DNA from: Eledone cirrhosa
Taxonomy: Eukaryota
Direction: 5' to 3'
Assembly: GCA_964016885.1 (NCBI GenBank)
Contig: OZ024747.1
Span: 12,958,001 to 13,022,000 of the forward strand
DNA length: 64,000 nucleotides
In this document: positions 59,457 to 64,000 of the stretch, piece after piece
Position numbering within the stretch: position 1 is the first letter of the stretch
Layout of the letters: the number at the start of each line of letters is the position of its first letter
Program-made: the position numbers and the translations under genes
The notes under the pieces: model-generated
Seen by the model: only the letters and a program-made list of their open reading frames with translations
Databases searched by the model: none
What the model was told of the DNA's origin: nothing

Positions 59457-59865
59457 AATTGTTTCTAATATGGACACAAACGAGTAATTTTTGGGAGGGG
59501 AAAATCAATTAAATCAACTCCAGTACTTTACTGGTACTTTATTTTACCCCCATCCTGTAGGATGAAAGGCAAAGTGAGATTTAAACTCAGAACATGAAAG
59601 TCTATAACTAAATGCTTCAAAGCATTTTGTCCGACATTTTAATGATTCTGCCAATCCATCACCTTTTATAAATTCTGTAATATAATTGTTTCTACGTTTG
59701 GCACAAGGCCAGCAATTACCCAGTACATTACTGGTACTTTATTTTATCGACCCCGTAAGGATGAAAGGCAAAGTTAACCTCGGCGGGATTTGAACACAGA
59801 CCGTAAAGGGACGTAACTATGCTGGAAAGCATGGCGTCCGACTCTCTACTGATACTGCCAATCCA
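59457..59865 (-). mobile_element. Two head-to-tail Meta-domain SINEs (one old, one young)
   Basis: Reverse-complement consensus motifs. Confidence 0.88.
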
Positions 59866-60835
59866 ATTCCAAACCTTAGCCAGACACCACAACAATCAAT
59901 AGTTATAGGACCCCCCCCCCCCCCTTCAATAGAATGTTTATTATATTCTATGAAATTCCCCCAAACCGCCATGTTGAGCAATTTCTATTCATGTATCTCG
60001 GTTGATGGAACTATCAGTTAGTGACAGGATACCCTTAGATTTTAAAAGACTTTCTCAAGCTTAGTGATTCATAAGGTTCCAATTTTATAGTGTTAAACCA
60101 TGAAGAAAGGAGTAGGAGGACTACTTAGTGTAGGGGTCGATCAGATGAGACAAACATACACAAGGGCAAGTGACAGGCTTAATGTCAGGCTTTGGTACAT
60201 TGGTGAGGATGGGACTTCAGAATATTCTGGGTGACCCTTGTAATTCCTTTTCAAAATTTTTAACCAGCTTCTTTGATTAACTATTTATAAACATTTTTTT
60301 GTTTGTTCTTTATTCTTATTTTGAGAAGAAAAGTTAATAAAGTGAAAACATGAAGTAACATATTTCAGGACATATTATAAATTCTATTTTTTAAATCTGA
60401 GAGTGTACCATTGAAAATTAGGGTGGGGAGGCAGTGCCATTCAGTTCTCCCTTTGGCAACAGGCCTGGCAGGTGAGACACCTGGCAGGTGTGATAAGAGG
60501 AGAGGTACAGGTTTTAGTGGTGATAGTTTACAACCAGCAAGTTCAAGGGAGCCAAAGTTGTTACAATAGTTGTAGAAAAGACAAATAAAGAATCAACTTC
60601 ATGATAAACAAGTGATTAAAAAGCATTGATGCTTGATGTTTTGCTTATTAAACAGACTGTCTTTTTTTGGACTTAGTTCAAAATGTCTAAGTGTGTGTAT
60701 TGTTGGAATAATGTTTAAATTATGTAAGCAGTGCTCTAGTAAAAGTAAAACTTGTTCTTTGTATATGGTTAGTAGCTGTTTAAGACTGAAGTATTTTCTG
60801 GCTCTTAAAAGGAAACTTAATTATTATTATTGTTT

Positions 60836-61612
60836 TTGGCCGTATCGGTAGAGGGTCGGACGCCATGCTTTGACGCATAGAGTTACGGCCCTTGCCATTC
60901 TGAGTTCAAATCCCGCCGAGGTTAACTTTGCCTTTCATCCTTATGGGGTCGATAAAATAAAGTACCAGTAATACACTGGGTAATTCTGGCCTTGTGCCAA
61001 AAGTAGAAACAATTATTGCTGTTGTTATTTAACTTCAATAAATTAGGTGTTTGCCAATGCTGGCCCTAAATCAATAACTGTTCTCTATCTCTTTCCAAAT
61101 CTTTGACCCCATCCCTGTGTCAGACCTCAATATTAATATAATAAATAAGGTGGTGGATTGGCAAAATTACTGGAGTATCAGATTAAACACCATTGCAGTA
61201 TTTGTTCTGGTTATTTACATTTTGAGTTCAAATTTTGCCAAGGTCAGATTTCATCTCTCTAGATAAAACAAAGTACCAGTCAAATACTGAGGAGATTCAT
61301 TCAACTTTGCCCATCACCCAAAATTTACTGGATTTGTGTCTAAATTAGTAATCAATTGAAACACTGCCCTGACCTATACCTAAATCAAAAATTATTTTCA
61401 TTATTAAGGGCAGTGGATTGGCAGTATTGGTAAAGGGTCGGACACCATGCTTTGCAGCAAAGAATTACGGCCCTTTATGGTCTGAGTTCAAATCCCGCCA
61501 AAGTTAACTTTGGCTTTCATCCTTATGGGGTCGATAAAATAAAGCACCAGTAATGTACTGGGGTCGATTTAATCGACTTTCTCCTCCCCTTGTGCCGATA
61601 CTAGAAATCATT
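60836..61612 (+). mobile_element. Three Meta-domain SINEs (60836-61016, about 61148-61335, 61408-61612)
   Basis: Consensus motifs. Confidence 0.88.
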
Positions 61613-62741
61613 ATCATTATTATTGTATCACAAATTTCTGGCAGCATCTATAAAATTTATACACAAAAAGTGTGTCAAGGAAGCAACTGTTTGCTCTGCT
61701 GGAAATAATTATGCCCTATCACCTGATAAAAGAGCATACTGGATAATGTGATCTTGTATAAGGGGGAAAAAAAAAGACTGGACAGTGAAGGCTGGAGTCC
61801 TTTTATCATAAGTCTGCTCAATGTGGTTTGACCTGGGGTTAAATATAATAACATACACAGAAAGTACACACTGAATCAATCTCACTGTTAGTAACAACTG
61901 GTTGCAATATTCCAGAACACATAAAATATTTTGCAAAAGCACATTGATTGCTCTTTTGTTGATTTTGTTTTATCTGCAATTGTATGATGAAACTACAAAG
62001 GTAATCCATTAATTATTAACAATGCACTTATAAAAGCTGTCACCTGTAACAATTTCTTTTTCCAAGCGGTGCATCATCCTTGTTACCATAGCAATTCAAA
62101 AGTTATTGGCAGATTTCTAAATAATTTTGTTTGTGCAATTCTTTGAGATGTTCTGGGACCCAACCTTTCATAAATCTTACTAAACCCACTGGATAATTTA
62201 CTAGACAAAAAAAACTATGACTAATTTGCATATTATTTGTCACATTGAGGTTGGTGCTAGGAAGTGCATACAGCTGTAGAAACCAAGTCAAAATTGGTTC
62301 TGTATGAGCAAGACATGGTCACCTGACATAGCATGGGTTAGATAAAAACCCATGCCAACGTGGGAACATGAATGTTAAACAGTGATGGTGGTGATGATGA
62401 TGATGATTATCAGTAGTCACTCATTTGTTCAGTAGGACCATGTCAACGTTTTGATAATGTGTCACCCACACAGACCTTTTTGAATGTTTCAATCCATTCA
62501 TAGGTAGTCTGTTGCAGGAAAACAATAGAACTTCCATTGGTTAACATACTAATGAGAACTTAATCTGTGTTTTAGGTTCAAACCTACACCGTAGTGACTA
62601 CAGTGAGACCACATTTAGTGATGCACTTGCAACTAATTTTCCTGTTAACAGGAAATGAATTATATGTACACTGTAGACAATGAAGGACTCGCTCATAAGT
62701 ATAGTGTCATATTATTTACATAAAACACCCATACATTATGT

Positions 62742-63185
62742 GTGAAGGTGTGTGGCTTAGTGGTTAGATAATTAGATTAACAATAGTGAAGTTGTGAGTT
62801 CAATTCCCGGACCAGGGAATTTGAGTAGGAATCTTTTATCCTTGTGTTGTATGTAAAAGGAGAGTAAGATTTGCTGGCCACTGCCATCGTGTCACCTATG
62901 AGGCTGTGTCCCCATTAGTGCTTTGGAAACCACAAGCAGTCACTAATATTCCGATGTCATCTCCAGAGATTCAGGTATTGAAATCCAGGACTTGGCAATG
63001 GCAATGAATGACAGACCCATGTGGAGATCAATTGTTGAGTTCATTTCAACTGAGGCCACCGGATGATGAATATCCTTCAACAAGACACATTATTTCATGT
63101 TGCTTCTTCTGCCAGGAGTTGCGACAGGTAGATAGTATCAGCAATGGAGAGACCAATGGAAATATTATTGTTCCCTTGGTCTGAT
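62742..63185 (+). mobile_element. Family A CORE SINE interrupted by an RTE C-terminal fragment (about 62820-63070)
   Basis: tRNA-like head 62742-62818; KRRVRFAGHCHR...LVLWKP and DVISRDSG...AMNDRPMWR; SINE resumes at tccttcaacaagacac near 63073. Confidence 0.8.
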
Positions 63186-63446
63186 TCACTGAGTTCCACC
63201 AAACTCAGTAAGTAAATGAGGTCTGGGGATCTTGTCGACCATTAACCCCTCGCCCACTAATAGTCATACTCATTTTAGTTTTACTACTATTATTGAGAAG
63301 GCAGTGAATTGTACAATCCAGTGACAGACTTAATGTCTTGCGGTGTTTCATCTCTTTACATTCTAAAGTCAATTCTCATGGAGATTAACTTCTGGTGTTG
63401 ATAAAAGGATGGGTTTACTATAGTTATTATTACATTATTAAGAATA

Positions 63447-63618
63447 TTGGCAGGATCGGATGTCATGCTTTATGGCATATAGTTACGTCCATTTATGTTC
63501 TGAGTTCAAATCCCACCGAGGTTAACTTTGCCTTTCATCCTTACGGGGTCAATAGAATAAAGCACCAGTAATGTACTGGGATAATTGCTGGCCTTGTGCC
63601 AAAAGTAGAAACAATTAT
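63447..63618 (+). mobile_element. Meta-domain SINE
   Basis: Consensus motifs. Confidence 0.88.
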
Positions 63619-64000
63619 TAAGAATATATTTGTAACAAAAGGTTTTTATATCAAATTATACTAGGTTTTAAGTAGGAATCTTTTAAAATGGATAGTTTAT
63701 CTTCTAGAGCCAGAGGTGATTTTGATGGGTTAGTATCAAAAGTGTTAATCTGTCCACTTATTCTCTCTATTTCTGTTTGTGATTTCATTCTGAAGGTATT
63801 GTGAGCAATTTCTAATGTTATTTATGTATATACTTAAAACTTTAATAAAAGTACATAGACAAAGTTTACATATTTCAAATCATATAAAGGTTCATATAAT
63901 TCTATTATTTGCACACATTATTATAAACTTCAAGTAAATCTTGGTCATCTTACCATCTTCACTCTCATACTTTCTCTCATTCTTCCACATTATCTTACAC

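Overview
This is AT-rich, repeat-dominated animal genomic DNA. The SINE families and very large TA/TG microsatellite fields suggest an octopod cephalopod (inference). No host protein-coding gene, rRNA, true tRNA or CRISPR array can be supported, and almost all long ORFs in the track are translations of TA/TG repeats. The real coding remnants are transposon-derived: a DD37D (maT) transposase 3' half, two stop-free 5'-truncated copies of an RTE LINE (one retaining a PHD-like finger), two further RTE C-terminal fragments and a Naiad-type Penelope GIY-YIG fragment. Non-coding repeats include many Meta-domain and CORE-domain tRNA-derived SINEs, TTAA-flanked (piggyBac-like) and hAT-like MITEs, and a 26-copy 97-98 bp hairpin satellite. 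The best leads are: (1) two separate hammerhead-ribozyme-like motifs with a 90-94 nt insert between CUGANGA and GAAA, plus a U3-A8 variant hammerhead behind the Naiad; (2) three same-orientation bipartite non-autonomous RTE elements stacked in one microsatellite field; (3) an unassigned 619-bp unit present 1.3 times that ends like those RTE elements; (4) a 122-nt fold-back whose mismatches are mostly G-U on one strand. Coordinates of degenerate repeats are approximate, and family names come from motif recognition, not database searches.
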